A DNA stretch of 64,000 nt from NCBI GenBank assembly GCA_964465375.1, contig CAYXIJ010000006.1, forward strand, positions 17,126 to 81,125. The letters are read 5' to 3'. Position 1 is the first letter of the stretch. Each line of letters starts with the position of its first letter. Below, one piece after another: positions 1-9,647 of the stretch. A model generated the notes under the pieces. It was not told where the DNA came from, did no database searches, and worked only from the letters and a program-made list of their open reading frames with translations. The stretch is from an uncultured Gammaproteobacteria bacterium (GTDB lineage Bacteria > Pseudomonadota > Gammaproteobacteria > Steroidobacterales > Rariloculaceae). Both the position numbers and the translations under genes were made by a program.

Positions 1-546
1 TATGTCTATGTCACAGGATTTTCCGGCGCAGATGCAGCATTTAACGCAGTTCGACGCGGCGAATTAGAAATGCAAACCGCTGGGCTCACCCTGTATCGGT
101 TCTCTATAGAACAGACCCTTGTTGAAACTGGCGAGGCGATTCCCCTCTGGCACAACCCCCGTGTTGACCGTGATGGCAATGTAGTGCCAGAAGAGGCTGC
201 AGAAGGCATACCCACCTTCGTAGATATTTACCGAGAGCTGATGGGTAAAGAGCCAGGTGGAGAGGACTTCGAAAGCTATAAATGGCTACAGCCAACCATT
301 AATACATTCGGCCATGCTGCTTTTCTACCCCCTGACTCACCGATAACTGCAGTGCAGATACTGAGGCAGAGCTTTCAAGCCACCAGCGAAGATGACAACT
401 ACCGGGCAGATGAAGAAAAACTGTTCGGTGTACGCATGCCGCTCATTGACCACGAAGAAGGAACACGGATTGTTCGGCAGATGAAAGAACCCCCGGACCA
501 TGTTCGAAAACTTTTGGAACGATACGCCCGGCAAGGATCCCCCTAG
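1..546 (+). CDS. C-terminal fragment of a periplasmic solute-binding-like protein (5' end outside the window)
   Basis: Frame 1 is open from nt 1 (YVYVTGFSGADAAFNAVRRGELE...) into the listed ORF 70..546, with stop TAG at 544-546. It only weakly resembles Bug/TctC-type binding proteins by eye, so function is not established. Confidence 0.4.
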   Translation, partial: YVYVTGFSGADAAFNAVRRGELEMQTAGLTLYRFSIEQTLVETGEAIPLWHNPRVDRDGNVVPEEAAEGIPTFVDIYRELMGKEPGGEDFESYKWLQPTINTFGHAAFLPPDSPITAVQILRQSFQATSEDDNYRADEEKLFGVRMPLIDHEEGTRIVRQMKEPPDHVRKLLERYARQGSP

Positions 547-1970
547 TCATTAAGACCCAAGTGGTTAGCCGAAATATGATAAATGTCTGACTGCCGTATC
601 AGGCCAGTCAATTCCCTGATCCCGGGGATATTTGCAAAAACAGGCACCTGGGCGCCCGTATGCATTTCCTGCGGCGATTCATTAGTCGCATAGTTGATAC
701 TCATAATCCCACCTTCGCGGGTGCGCACTCGGGCCAAGTAGCCCGGGGTTGTATAATTGAGCGCAAGATGAGGGCCCTGATCGGCAATGATCTGAGCCGC
801 ATGAGTGTGATCTGCAGTCACAAGAATCAGTGTGTCCGAATTTTTTTCTGCGAAATCCAATGCGACTTTTAAAGCATCGTCCAGTTGGCTCAACTCCCCT
901 ATATGCCCACAAGGCCGGCGTTGATGCGATTGCTTGTCAATTGATGCCGACTCGATCATAAGCATAAAACCCCGACCATCATCTAAGTGATCAAGCGCCG
1001 CGCCTGTCATGTCGGCCAAGCTTGGCATCCCTTCAAAATTTGGGTTCGGCTCACAAAGAAAAGGCTCGGGTAGATTCACCTGGCCCTCGACCCTTTCTAC
1101 CCGCTGCGCCTGAGCCCCGTCCACACCTTGCAACCACACTGGCATGGTGTCCCGGGAAAACAGCCCCAAGACTTTTTCGGTCTTGGGTACTCTCCCCAAC
1201 TCTTCCTGAGCATAAATGATCTGGAACCCGTTTTGATGGGCCACATCTAAAACCGTGCGCTCGGAACCCTCCTCAGTTGTCTGCTCAAAATATCTGGACC
1301 CACCACCGAGCACGATATCCAGGCCTGATGAGGCAATTTGCTCCGCAATCGACCCCTTTCCACCACTGGATTTTTCGTCCTGCGAGCAATCGACTGATAA
1401 TTGGAATCGCTCAATAAATCGGACCATGCCGAGTGGACCCTCGCAGTAGCGCTGATTGATATGGGCCACAAAAGAAGCGGGCGTAGCATCGGTGATACTG
1501 GAGGTGGTGACGATTCCCGTGCCAAGACCCGCCGCCTGGGAAAGCTCCATAATTGTTTCGATGTCTCGGTCTGTTTCGGCTGTAGTTGCGATTCGACCCA
1601 AACTGGTGACGATTCCCGTTGCCATGCTGGTCGCAGAATTAGCCGAATCTGCCACATAGATTGACTGGTCGGGCTTGTCTTCTGCGACGGTTTCCACTCG
1701 CGCTGCACTTCTTACGGGTAAGTCATCAAGAGCCAATCGCCCCCCAGTGCCCAGGAGATAGTTACGGGCAATTGTAATCTGCTGATCATCCATCCCATCT
1801 CCGATGATCAAAATAACCTTCGGGGCTCCGATCCTGGCTTGTGGTTCCGCTGAATGCTCCACACAAGCTTGCACAAGCAAGCCAAACAGTAGGGACATTG
1901 AAAATATTCCCGTTGGCCGACCTATTAGTAACCGTAGAATGGACAATTTACGGTTCGCTTTCCTTGTCAT
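543..1970 (-). CDS. Alkaline phosphatase (PhoA family), exported
   Basis: 475-aa ORF with an N-terminal hydrophobic signal-like segment. It carries the family motifs DGMDD, DSANSATSMATG (nucleophile Ser region), TDATPASF and ADHTH. Confidence 0.85.
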   Translation of the reverse strand: MTRKANRKLSILRLLIGRPTGIFSMSLLFGLLVQACVEHSAEPQARIGAPKVILIIGDGMDDQQITIARNYLLGTGGRLALDDLPVRSAARVETVAEDKPDQSIYVADSANSATSMATGIVTSLGRIATTAETDRDIETIMELSQAAGLGTGIVTTSSITDATPASFVAHINQRYCEGPLGMVRFIERFQLSVDCSQDEKSSGGKGSIAEQIASSGLDIVLGGGSRYFEQTTEEGSERTVLDVAHQNGFQIIYAQEELGRVPKTEKVLGLFSRDTMPVWLQGVDGAQAQRVERVEGQVNLPEPFLCEPNPNFEGMPSLADMTGAALDHLDDGRGFMLMIESASIDKQSHQRRPCGHIGELSQLDDALKVALDFAEKNSDTLILVTADHTHAAQIIADQGPHLALNYTTPGYLARVRTREGGIMSINYATNESPQEMHTGAQVPVFANIPGIRELTGLIRQSDIYHISANHLGLND

Positions 1971-2000
1971 CTCGCACCCCGGGTTCCAAAGAACGAAAAG

Positions 2001-3155
2001 TTAATTTGAGAGCCCAAAAACCGGGCGCAACTTAGTACCAAGTCCATTGCCTACAAGTGCAGCAACAAACCACAACCAACCATGCAGACTAGATGATGAA
2101 ATCCCACTAAAGTAGGCACCGATATTGCAACCGTAGGCAATCCTAGCACCGTAACCAAGCAAAAGGCCGCCGGCAATCGCCGCCAATAATGATCTCCAGG
2201 GTACTCGCCAAATTGGTGCAAATCTTCCTGCAAGCCCGGCTGCTGTCAGCGCACCAAGAATAATTCCAAAATTCATCACCGAAGTAATGTCGCTGAAAAC
2301 GCTTGCCTCAAGTGCAGCCGAAGCAGCCGGGCCTTGCCAATAAGGCCAAGCCGCCACGTTGAATCCGAGGGCAGCGGCTACTTTGGATCCCCACAAGGCG
2401 AATCCGGAAGTTATCCCCCACGGTCGTCCTGCTAAAATCAACGTTGCGACATTTACACCAGCGAGGCCAACCGCACCCGCGACTAGAGGCCACGGTCCAC
2501 GCAACCAGGAACCAGCCGCAAAACATGTGGCATTTTTTTCCAGGGCACCATAGCGGCGACGCTCGACAAAAGCCGAGCCCAGCCAAACCAAGGCAAACAA
2601 CACGAGACTGATCACAAGAGCCAACCCGAGCCCAAACTGGCCAAGCAGCGAAACAGGGCCAAAACCGGGTGCAGCTTGCCAGGCAGGCAAATGGTAGGCC
2701 CCTAAGGCCGAACCCACGATAAATGCAACCAGCGTGAGCACCATTCGCATGCTTCCGCCACTAGCTGTAAAAAGTGTTCCGGACGCACAACCTCCACCCA
2801 GCTGCATGCCGACTCCAAACAAAAAAGCGCCAGCAATTACCGAAACACTGAGCGGTCTCACCGAGCCCCGAAGTTCCATCCCCCACAACTGGCCATCCGC
2901 AAGTAGCGGAAGAAAAATGATGGCCGTTACGGCCAACATGATCATTTGCGCACGCAACCCGGCTCCACGCCCTTTACTGATCATGTCACGCCAAGCCGAA
3001 GTAAACCCAAATGCAGCATGGTACAAAATCAACCCGGCACCAATGCCCACCAAAAACAGTGCACCCTGCCGCCAACCGACCAGGCCAACTATGTATACCA
3101 AAATCGCTCCACTTAGCAGAGCGCCGGTGATGACAGTACGCGAGTCAATCCTCAA
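2001..3155 (-). CDS. YeeE/YedE family inner-membrane sulfur-compound transporter
   Basis: 384-aa polytopic membrane ORF with a TTG start. It carries two YeeE/YedE-type Cys motifs, GGGCASGTLF and YGCNIGAYF. Confidence 0.8.
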   Translation of the reverse strand: MRIDSRTVITGALLSGAILVYIVGLVGWRQGALFLVGIGAGLILYHAAFGFTSAWRDMISKGRGAGLRAQMIMLAVTAIIFLPLLADGQLWGMELRGSVRPLSVSVIAGAFLFGVGMQLGGGCASGTLFTASGGSMRMVLTLVAFIVGSALGAYHLPAWQAAPGFGPVSLLGQFGLGLALVISLVLFALVWLGSAFVERRRYGALEKNATCFAAGSWLRGPWPLVAGAVGLAGVNVATLILAGRPWGITSGFALWGSKVAAALGFNVAAWPYWQGPAASAALEASVFSDITSVMNFGIILGALTAAGLAGRFAPIWRVPWRSLLAAIAGGLLLGYGARIAYGCNIGAYFSGISSSSLHGWLWFVAALVGNGLGTKLRPVFGLSN

Positions 3156-3317
3156 GTCGCCTCATCTCCCACATCAGTAATCCCGTCTTCAAACATCTCA
3201 TTTGCATTCCGTTAGACCTGCATCGCACTTGGGCCGTCAATTTTATAGAATGAGGGTGGTTGGGACGAGCATCTCAAAGAACATAAAAACCCACTCTACA
3301 ACCAACAGGTGATTTTA

Positions 3318-3857
3318 ATGAACGCTTTTTCAAGATACACCCTGACGGGTATATGCATAGTTCTAACATCTACACCAAGCTTCGTGTTAGGCCAAGAATT
3401 TAAGAGTGAGCAACCCCCTGAGACAGATATGCAAAATTCTTTTGATCGTAGTACTTATCTGGACGGCATAACCTCTTTGGGGCAACCAAGTGCATCTGGT
3501 CTGGCTGATCTGGCACGAGCAGGCAATGTAGCGGTCATCGATTTGCGTGGTCCGGAAGAGGAACGGGGACTGGAAGAACGCGCTGCTGTAGAGGAGCTTG
3601 GCATGAAATATGTCTCACTCCCTATCACCGGAACAGCCAACATAAATTATGAGAACGCTGCCCAACTTCGACAGATTATAGGCGAGTTTAATCAGCCGGT
3701 AGCGATCCATTGTGGTAGCGGCAACCGCGTCGGTGCCTTACTGGCACTGGGCGCTAAATTGAGCGGAGCTGAAGACGAGGTAGCCCTGTCGATTGGCCGC
3801 GATAACGGCCTAACAAGCCTCGAATCAACAGTCCTCCAAAGACTCGAAGAAAAGTAG
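3318..3857 (+). CDS. Exported DUF442 / phosphatase-fold protein (sulfur-transferase-like)
   Basis: A signal peptide (MNAFSRYTLTGICIVLTSTPSFVLG) is followed by an HCGSGNRVG (HCxxGxR) loop typical of DUF442 / dual-specificity phosphatase folds. GTG 3309 is an alternative start. Confidence 0.6.
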   Translation: MNAFSRYTLTGICIVLTSTPSFVLGQEFKSEQPPETDMQNSFDRSTYLDGITSLGQPSASGLADLARAGNVAVIDLRGPEEERGLEERAAVEELGMKYVSLPITGTANINYENAAQLRQIIGEFNQPVAIHCGSGNRVGALLALGAKLSGAEDEVALSIGRDNGLTSLESTVLQRLEEK

Positions 3858-3896
3858 TCCATACAATAAGGTTAAAAGCGGGGTGGAGTAAGGCTA

Positions 3897-4907
3897 ATGA
3901 AACTTTCATCAAACTTATTTTTATTCTTGATTCTAGGTTGCGGCATGCTCCCATCCATCAAAAGTGATGCCCAAAATTCAACGGGAGAAAAGATAACTTA
4001 CCTTTCTCGAAATATTTTTGGATTTGAAAATATGTTTGGCGAGGCTAGATCAACTCAACCTGAACAGGAAATTTTCGGATACCTACAATTTCCGGACAAG
4101 TTTGATCCGACAAACAAGTATCCATTAATTATAGCCTCTCATGGCTCGGCTAACTGGAGAGGACACCATGCTAAATACTTAGATCAAATGCGCGAAACCG
4201 GCTTTGCGGTTCTTTCCATACATCCTTTTGACTCCAGAAATATTGACAGCACAGTCGGCAACCAAATCAACCTGACCGCCGAATCGGTCATATGGGATAT
4301 GGCGATGGCTCTCAAGGCTGTATGGAGTGACTCCAGGATTGACAACACAAAGGTTTTTGCTGCTGGCTGGAGCTTGGGTGGTACAGCAGTTCTATTCAAT
4401 GCCTGGATGCCGCTTCAGCAGGAAGCATTCAGGGAAGAAGAAAGTTTTTCAGGATATTTGATGTGGTATCCCGCCTGTTTGGCATTGCCGGATACGGATG
4501 ACTGGGACAAAGACTTTGTCCAAATTTATATGGGAGAAGCGGATAACTGGACTCCAGCAAAGCCCTGCATAGATCTCGTTCACAGAATGAATTCAATGGG
4601 CGGTAATGCCAATATTGAAATCTATCCCGGAGCTTACCACTCCTTTGATAGCACACTACCTCTAACATTACAGCCAGACGCGTACAGCTGGGCAAAATGT
4701 GATTCGTTCAAGTTATCCCCGGAAACCAAAAAGGTCTATGACCCAAATAATAAGGAAATAGATTTCAGCGACCCGCAACTTAGACGACTCGCCTATGAGT
4801 CTTGTGCGACTAAAGGTGAAGTAATGGCGGGATCAAGCCCAGAATACCAAAACGCCCCATACGAACACCTAGCCGACCTGTTATCAGAAAAAATTGATTT
4901 AAATTAG
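3897..4907 (+). CDS. Exported alpha/beta hydrolase, dienelactone-hydrolase-like
   Basis: 336 aa with a signal peptide. It has the GWSLGG nucleophile elbow, with later GEADNW (Asp) and GAYHSFD (His) completing a Ser-Asp-His triad pattern. Confidence 0.7.
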   Translation: MKLSSNLFLFLILGCGMLPSIKSDAQNSTGEKITYLSRNIFGFENMFGEARSTQPEQEIFGYLQFPDKFDPTNKYPLIIASHGSANWRGHHAKYLDQMRETGFAVLSIHPFDSRNIDSTVGNQINLTAESVIWDMAMALKAVWSDSRIDNTKVFAAGWSLGGTAVLFNAWMPLQQEAFREEESFSGYLMWYPACLALPDTDDWDKDFVQIYMGEADNWTPAKPCIDLVHRMNSMGGNANIEIYPGAYHSFDSTLPLTLQPDAYSWAKCDSFKLSPETKKVYDPNNKEIDFSDPQLRRLAYESCATKGEVMAGSSPEYQNAPYEHLADLLSEKIDLN

Positions 4908-4909
4908 CG

Positions 4910-5518
4910 ATGCAATCTATCCCGTCCCTTAAGGACCTGCGTCAACTCGGACTAAGCTGCACTTTGTTTGCGCTTTCGGCACAAGTTTGGAGTCAGCAGC
5001 TTTGCCCTGGAAGCTATAACCCGGCTACCTGGAATAACTGCCTAGGCAACTACGACTTCGCGAGCGGAAACCATTACTTTGGTGAGTTTAGGGACGGACA
5101 ACCGAATGGTCAGGGTACATTTAAATTTACAAGTGGAAACCAATACGTTGGTGAGTTCAGAAATAACCGGCGCCATGGTCAGGGTACCTTTACCTATACA
5201 AATGGAGACCAGTACATTGGTGAGTTTAGGGACGACGAGCGCCATGGTCAGGGTACTCTCATCTATGCAAATGAAGACCAATACATTGGTGAATTCAACA
5301 ACGGGGAGTTTAACGGACAAGGCACCTACACTTTTTCCGACGGTGACCAATACGTTGGTACTTTCAAGGACGGCCAAGCTACAGAAGAGGGTGTGTATAC
5401 ATTTTCCGATGGAACAATTCAGGAAAGCGCACTCAATCCAATGATGGATCGAATGGACCGCCTCTACCGCACTTTAAATTGTTCTAATTGTTTCGGGGGA
5501 ACACGGTCCCCCGACTAG
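4910..5518 (+). CDS. Exported MORN-repeat protein
   Basis: A signal peptide is followed by about 6 tandem 23-aa MORN units (YxGEFxxxxxHGQGTxxxxxGxx). The ATG lies 2 nt after the stop of the preceding hydrolase. Confidence 0.85.
   Translation: MQSIPSLKDLRQLGLSCTLFALSAQVWSQQLCPGSYNPATWNNCLGNYDFASGNHYFGEFRDGQPNGQGTFKFTSGNQYVGEFRNNRRHGQGTFTYTNGDQYIGEFRDDERHGQGTLIYANEDQYIGEFNNGEFNGQGTYTFSDGDQYVGTFKDGQATEEGVYTFSDGTIQESALNPMMDRMDRLYRTLNCSNCFGGTRSPD
5045..5415 (+). repeat. In-frame 69-bp tandem repeats encoding the MORN units
   Basis: Units start at 5081, 5150, 5219, 5288 and 5357, each beginning ggtga(g/a)tt or ggtac. A partial unit precedes them from about 5045. The period is exactly 69 nt. Confidence 0.85.
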
Positions 5519-5548
5519 AAAATTTCCCATCTTGATAATAACGAGCAG

Positions 5549-7024
5549 TTAGTCGGTGGCCTCACCCGTCCAGGGGGGGTCGGAATCGGCATGGGTTACG
5601 GGCAGCCAAGCTGAAAGCCTCTCCTTTACATCCGCTAATGATTTATCCCCAGCCAGGTTGTACCACTCGTTTTGATCAGACTGTAAATCGTAGAGTTCTT
5701 CTGATCCATCAGCATGAAGCGTATAGCGGTAACGTTTATCTCTGACAGAATGTTCCCGGTACCCATTATTCGTGACAGCCGCATGATCCCAAAAAGACGT
5801 CTGCCCCCTTAGTAACGGAACAAGACTCACTCCCTCTAGATGGTCTGGCACACTTAGCCCAGCAAGTTCGGTCAAAGTAGGATAGAGGTCTAGCAGAGAA
5901 ACTGGTTCTTCGGTGCGACTACCGGGTGTTGTTATTCCGGGAGCAACAACAATGAATGGCACGTGTGTGGTTTCCTCCCATAACGTCCATTTTCGCCAGC
6001 GGTGCTTCTCACCAAGGTGAAATCCATGGTCCGACCACAAAACGACAATGGTTTCTTCCAGCTGACCGCTGCGGGTAAGGGCGTCGAGCACCCGGCCAAC
6101 CATTGCGTCGGCAAAACTCGTGCTCGCCAAATACCCCTGTACGGCTTCTGCCCAGAGATTCTGCTCCAGAATCCAGTCATGCGCCTCAGGGCCACGCAGT
6201 ATTGCGGAATCTCCACCAATTCTTGCAATTTCCGGAATATCCTCTAGGTCACTGTCCAAAACCTGTGGCACCGTTATGCCCTCTAGCGGATGCATATCGA
6301 AATATTCCTGTGGAATGTACCAAGGCAAATGGGGCCGATAGATTCCTACGGCCAGGAATTGAGGCCCCCCACTGGCAGCAGCCAATTGCCTCTCCACCCA
6401 GGACACCACTTGCCCATCACCCATAGCTGAGTCATCCGTGACAACAGTAGACCAATCAAAGCCCAAAAAGTGCACCGAGCCCGGATTTCCGTTTGCGGGC
6501 CGGTCGTGCGGGCCTACCTCATCCGGAAGCTGCCGCCCGACTGATGGATAAAATGCATGCCAAGCATCAGGATCGTTGTAGCCAGAGTAGCCATCGGATA
6601 GGTAGGTATGGGCGTGAAAAATCTTGCCGGCTCCAAATGTCCGGTAACCATGATCCTTAAAATACCGGGGCAGAGTTGCCACACCTTTCAGGCGTTCAAG
6701 CTCGCGCCAATCCACAGCATTACTGTAAACACCCGTGGTAGCCGGTCTCAGTCCGGTCAAAACGGCGGTGCGGGCTGGATTGCAGGACGTGCCTGTTGTA
6801 TGGGCGTTGGCAAACAACATGCCACGACCAGCCAAGGCATCGATGTTAGGTGTTTTTGCCTGAGGATGTCCTCCCAGAACACCCACCCAATCATTGAGGT
6901 CATCGATAGAGATCAGGAGTACGTTTTTGAGTTCCGTCCGCTGAGCGCTGGCAGCAGAAAAACACAGGAAAAACAATGCTAGCGACAGCGATTTTATAAA
7001 TTTGAAATATTTTTCAGTATTCAT
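5549..7024 (-). CDS. Exported sulfatase (formylglycine-dependent arylsulfatase family)
   Basis: 491 aa with a signal peptide. SCNPARTAVLTGL matches the C-x-P-x-R...LTG formylglycine motif, and LLISIDDL is the N-terminal metal-binding region. Confidence 0.85.
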   Translation of the reverse strand: MNTEKYFKFIKSLSLALFFLCFSAASAQRTELKNVLLISIDDLNDWVGVLGGHPQAKTPNIDALAGRGMLFANAHTTGTSCNPARTAVLTGLRPATTGVYSNAVDWRELERLKGVATLPRYFKDHGYRTFGAGKIFHAHTYLSDGYSGYNDPDAWHAFYPSVGRQLPDEVGPHDRPANGNPGSVHFLGFDWSTVVTDDSAMGDGQVVSWVERQLAAASGGPQFLAVGIYRPHLPWYIPQEYFDMHPLEGITVPQVLDSDLEDIPEIARIGGDSAILRGPEAHDWILEQNLWAEAVQGYLASTSFADAMVGRVLDALTRSGQLEETIVVLWSDHGFHLGEKHRWRKWTLWEETTHVPFIVVAPGITTPGSRTEEPVSLLDLYPTLTELAGLSVPDHLEGVSLVPLLRGQTSFWDHAAVTNNGYREHSVRDKRYRYTLHADGSEELYDLQSDQNEWYNLAGDKSLADVKERLSAWLPVTHADSDPPWTGEATD

Positions 7025-7135
7025 ACAAATGGAACTTACACGAGTTTTACTCAGAAACTAACTACAACAAACTATCGCTATGCGTTGGATATCCAGCGAC
7101 AATAGTTACATCTATCAATCGCGGAACGCAATTCT

Positions 7136-7519
7136 ATGTCTTTTGAAAGCAGGGCATTTCTCGTTGCGGGCAGCTTTGTATTACTAACGGCAACGGTACT
7201 TGGTGCCTATGGAGACCATGGAGTTAGGGGCAGCCTGGACACGAACCAATGGGAAGTCTACAAAACTGCGGTCAACTACCAATTCCTTCACGGACTCGGT
7301 CTTCTTGTCATCGCTCAGCTTATGGAGCGTTATCCCGGCTCTCGCCTGATCAGCACAGCTGCCTGGCTTCTCCTCATCGGCATACTGCTTTTCAGTGGAA
7401 GTATCTATGCAAAGACCTTTGGGGCTCCCGATGCAATTGGGGCACTCACACCATTCGGCGGGCTTAGCATGGTGGCAGGTTGGCTCAGTTTGGTCCTAGG
7501 GATCCTCCGCGTAAGGTAA
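7136..7519 (+). CDS. DUF423 small membrane protein (YgdD-like)
   Basis: 127 aa with 4 predicted TM segments. The pattern ...LGAYGDHG...AVNYQFLHGLGLL... is typical of DUF423. Confidence 0.7.
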   Translation: MSFESRAFLVAGSFVLLTATVLGAYGDHGVRGSLDTNQWEVYKTAVNYQFLHGLGLLVIAQLMERYPGSRLISTAAWLLLIGILLFSGSIYAKTFGAPDAIGALTPFGGLSMVAGWLSLVLGILRVR

Positions 7520-7585
7520 AGTGCAGGCCTCGTTTCCACTGCGAATTCCTCCAAGGCCCAAGTAGGCTAACTGACTGAATCTTTT

Positions 7586-8578
7586 TTATGACGCATTGGC
7601 AAGTGCACTGAAACAAATGCGGTCACAGAGCTCAACAAAATCGATTCCGGCCGCCGCAGCAGACTTCGGAAGAAGGCTACCAATACTCAATCCCGGCAGC
7701 GTATTGACCTCAAGCACCCATAATTCTCCGTGGATATCCATGCGAAAATCTACCCGACTATAGGCACCCAGCTTGAGCGCCTTATGAGCAAGCAGTCCAA
7801 GTTCTTGCACGCGCAGCGCCGTTCCCGAATCAATGTCCGCTGGAAAAATTTCCTCAGCAGCCCCAGCTTGATATTTTGCTGCGTAGTCAAAAATATCACC
7901 TTCGGCCGGGATGATTTCACCAACCGCAAGAGCATTACCATCCAGAATCCCAACTGTGAGTTCGCGGCCCGGTATATAGCGCTCCAACATCACCTTGTCG
8001 TCAAAGGCCCTGGCTGCGGCAATAGCCGCTTCCAGTCCATCGTCTTCCCTAACAAGACTCAGCCCAACCGTTGATCCCTGCGAATTGGGTTTCACAATCA
8101 GCGGAAATCCTAGTTTTCCACGAACCTCTTCAAGTGAGGCTGGCGCTATAAACCACTCAGGGGTGGGTACGCCCACGCCGAGAAAAAGATGCTTTGCAGC
8201 ATCCTTGTCCATGGCGAGTGCGCTGCCTGAAACACCGCTGCCAGTAAAGGGTATTTGGGCATCACTGAGGAGGGTCTGGGCAGTTCCGTCCTCTCCAGAA
8301 CCTCCATGTAATGCCAAAAAAACCAAGTCAACATTTTTAAGTTCGGACATTGAGGCAATGGCTGACAAGTCCCCTTGCCGTGCATGTTCAGGAGGAGCCC
8401 GGCTAATGCTTTCAGTCAAAAAACTTTGCTCTTCCTCAGTAGTCAGAACACCCTGACTGGTTTCTACAGCAAAAACTGCATGCCCAGCTTGCCGTAGGGC
8501 CAAAACCACCTGCGCGCCGCTCGCGACCGACACGTCGCGCTCCATACTGGTCCCACCGAAAAGAACAGCAACTTTCAA
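7586..8578 (-). CDS. ddl: D-alanine--D-alanine ligase
   Basis: The N-terminus KVAVLFGGTSMERDVSVASG and an ATP-grasp body (LHGGSGEDGT, IVKPNSQGSTVG, EVNTLPG) identify it. It has a TTG start and is not in a dcw-type cluster here. Confidence 0.9.
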   Translation of the reverse strand: MKVAVLFGGTSMERDVSVASGAQVVLALRQAGHAVFAVETSQGVLTTEEEQSFLTESISRAPPEHARQGDLSAIASMSELKNVDLVFLALHGGSGEDGTAQTLLSDAQIPFTGSGVSGSALAMDKDAAKHLFLGVGVPTPEWFIAPASLEEVRGKLGFPLIVKPNSQGSTVGLSLVREDDGLEAAIAAARAFDDKVMLERYIPGRELTVGILDGNALAVGEIIPAEGDIFDYAAKYQAGAAEEIFPADIDSGTALRVQELGLLAHKALKLGAYSRVDFRMDIHGELWVLEVNTLPGLSIGSLLPKSAAAAGIDFVELCDRICFSALANAS

Positions 8579-8728
8579 GGGCCCCTCTGCGCAGAAATTG
8601 ACATGACATTAGCTTGCCGGAAACTCAGAGCCAAATAAATACTTGTCCAAGTTCAATGAAAATCCTAGTTTTGGTGAGGATGCGTATAATCGCCAAACTT
8701 GCCCCTCCTATATCAGGTAACAAACGTC

Positions 8729-9571
8729 ATGCGGATGACCAGGAGAGAATTTATAGCATGGCCCAATAAGGCCATCACCTTGATGGGCATGTCTGGCGTA
8801 GGCAAGACAACATTAGCCTACAAACTTCCAAAATCCACATGGTTCCACTTCTCAGGGGACTATCGCATTGGCACAAAATATCTTGCCGAACCCATACTGG
8901 ACAACATTAAGCAACAGGCAATGCAGGTGGACTTTCTGCGCGACCTGTTGCGCAGTGATTCTATATACATCGATAGCAACATCACCGTTCACAATCTAGA
9001 ATCCATTGCCACCTTTCTCGGAAAAATTGGGCGTAGCGATCAGGGTGGTCTTTCGGTAGAGGAATTTAACAGACGTCAAAACCTGCATCGAGCCGCAGAA
9101 ATCGGCGCCATGAGAGACGTTGCTGAATTTATCGAAAAGGCGGGCCAAATCTATGGGTATGATCACTTTGTCAACGATGCTGGCGGCAGCATTTGCGAGC
9201 TGGATGACGATGAAACGCTGCAGACACTTGCTGCGCACACGCTGATTCTTTATTTGAAAGCAGATAAGGATCTGGAGAAAACACTCATTCAGCGGGCGCT
9301 TGATAACCCCAAGCCCATGTATTATCAGGCTCAGTTTTTGAGAAACAATCTTGACGAATACTTGAAAGTGGATGGCCTAGCTAGTGCGGAGGATATCGTG
9401 CCAGATCAGTTCGCAAGCTGGATATTTCCCAGACTAGTGGAACACCGGAGACCCAAGTATCAAAAGCTTGCAGATACTTACGGCTATACCGTAGACGCTC
9501 GTCTTATTGCGGAAGCAAATGACGAAACAGATTTTTTAGAGCTTGTCGCAAGCACCCTAGAACAAGATTGA
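8729..9571 (+). CDS. P-loop NTPase of unknown function (shikimate/gluconate-kinase-like N-terminus)
   Basis: Walker A motif GMSGVGKTT lies near the N-terminus and the remaining ~230 aa are unassigned. The ORF opens at TTG 8699, but ATG 8729 or 8735 is more plausible. Confidence 0.5.
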   Translation: MRMTRREFIAWPNKAITLMGMSGVGKTTLAYKLPKSTWFHFSGDYRIGTKYLAEPILDNIKQQAMQVDFLRDLLRSDSIYIDSNITVHNLESIATFLGKIGRSDQGGLSVEEFNRRQNLHRAAEIGAMRDVAEFIEKAGQIYGYDHFVNDAGGSICELDDDETLQTLAAHTLILYLKADKDLEKTLIQRALDNPKPMYYQAQFLRNNLDEYLKVDGLASAEDIVPDQFASWIFPRLVEHRRPKYQKLADTYGYTVDARLIAEANDETDFLELVASTLEQD

Positions 9572-9647
9572 CCATCCACAACCCTAAGGGGTTGTTATAC
9601 AGTTCACGAGGACGAATTTTTGATTCGCGCATTCTACGAAGTATATT

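Noticed and set aside
543-546. Convergent genes share their stop codons in the palindrome CTAG (543-546). A second convergent overlap of 18 nt lies at 54896-54913.
   Set aside because: Short convergent 3' overlaps are common in compact genomes. No hairpin or other structure was visible, so this is noted only as a sign of tight packing.
5042-5444. Two ORFs of more than 110 aa (5042..5377 on the minus strand and 5079..5444 on the plus strand) overlap the MORN gene.
   Set aside because: They are artefacts of the 69-bp repeat periodicity, which keeps the alternative frames stop-free. Only the MORN frame gives a recognisable protein.
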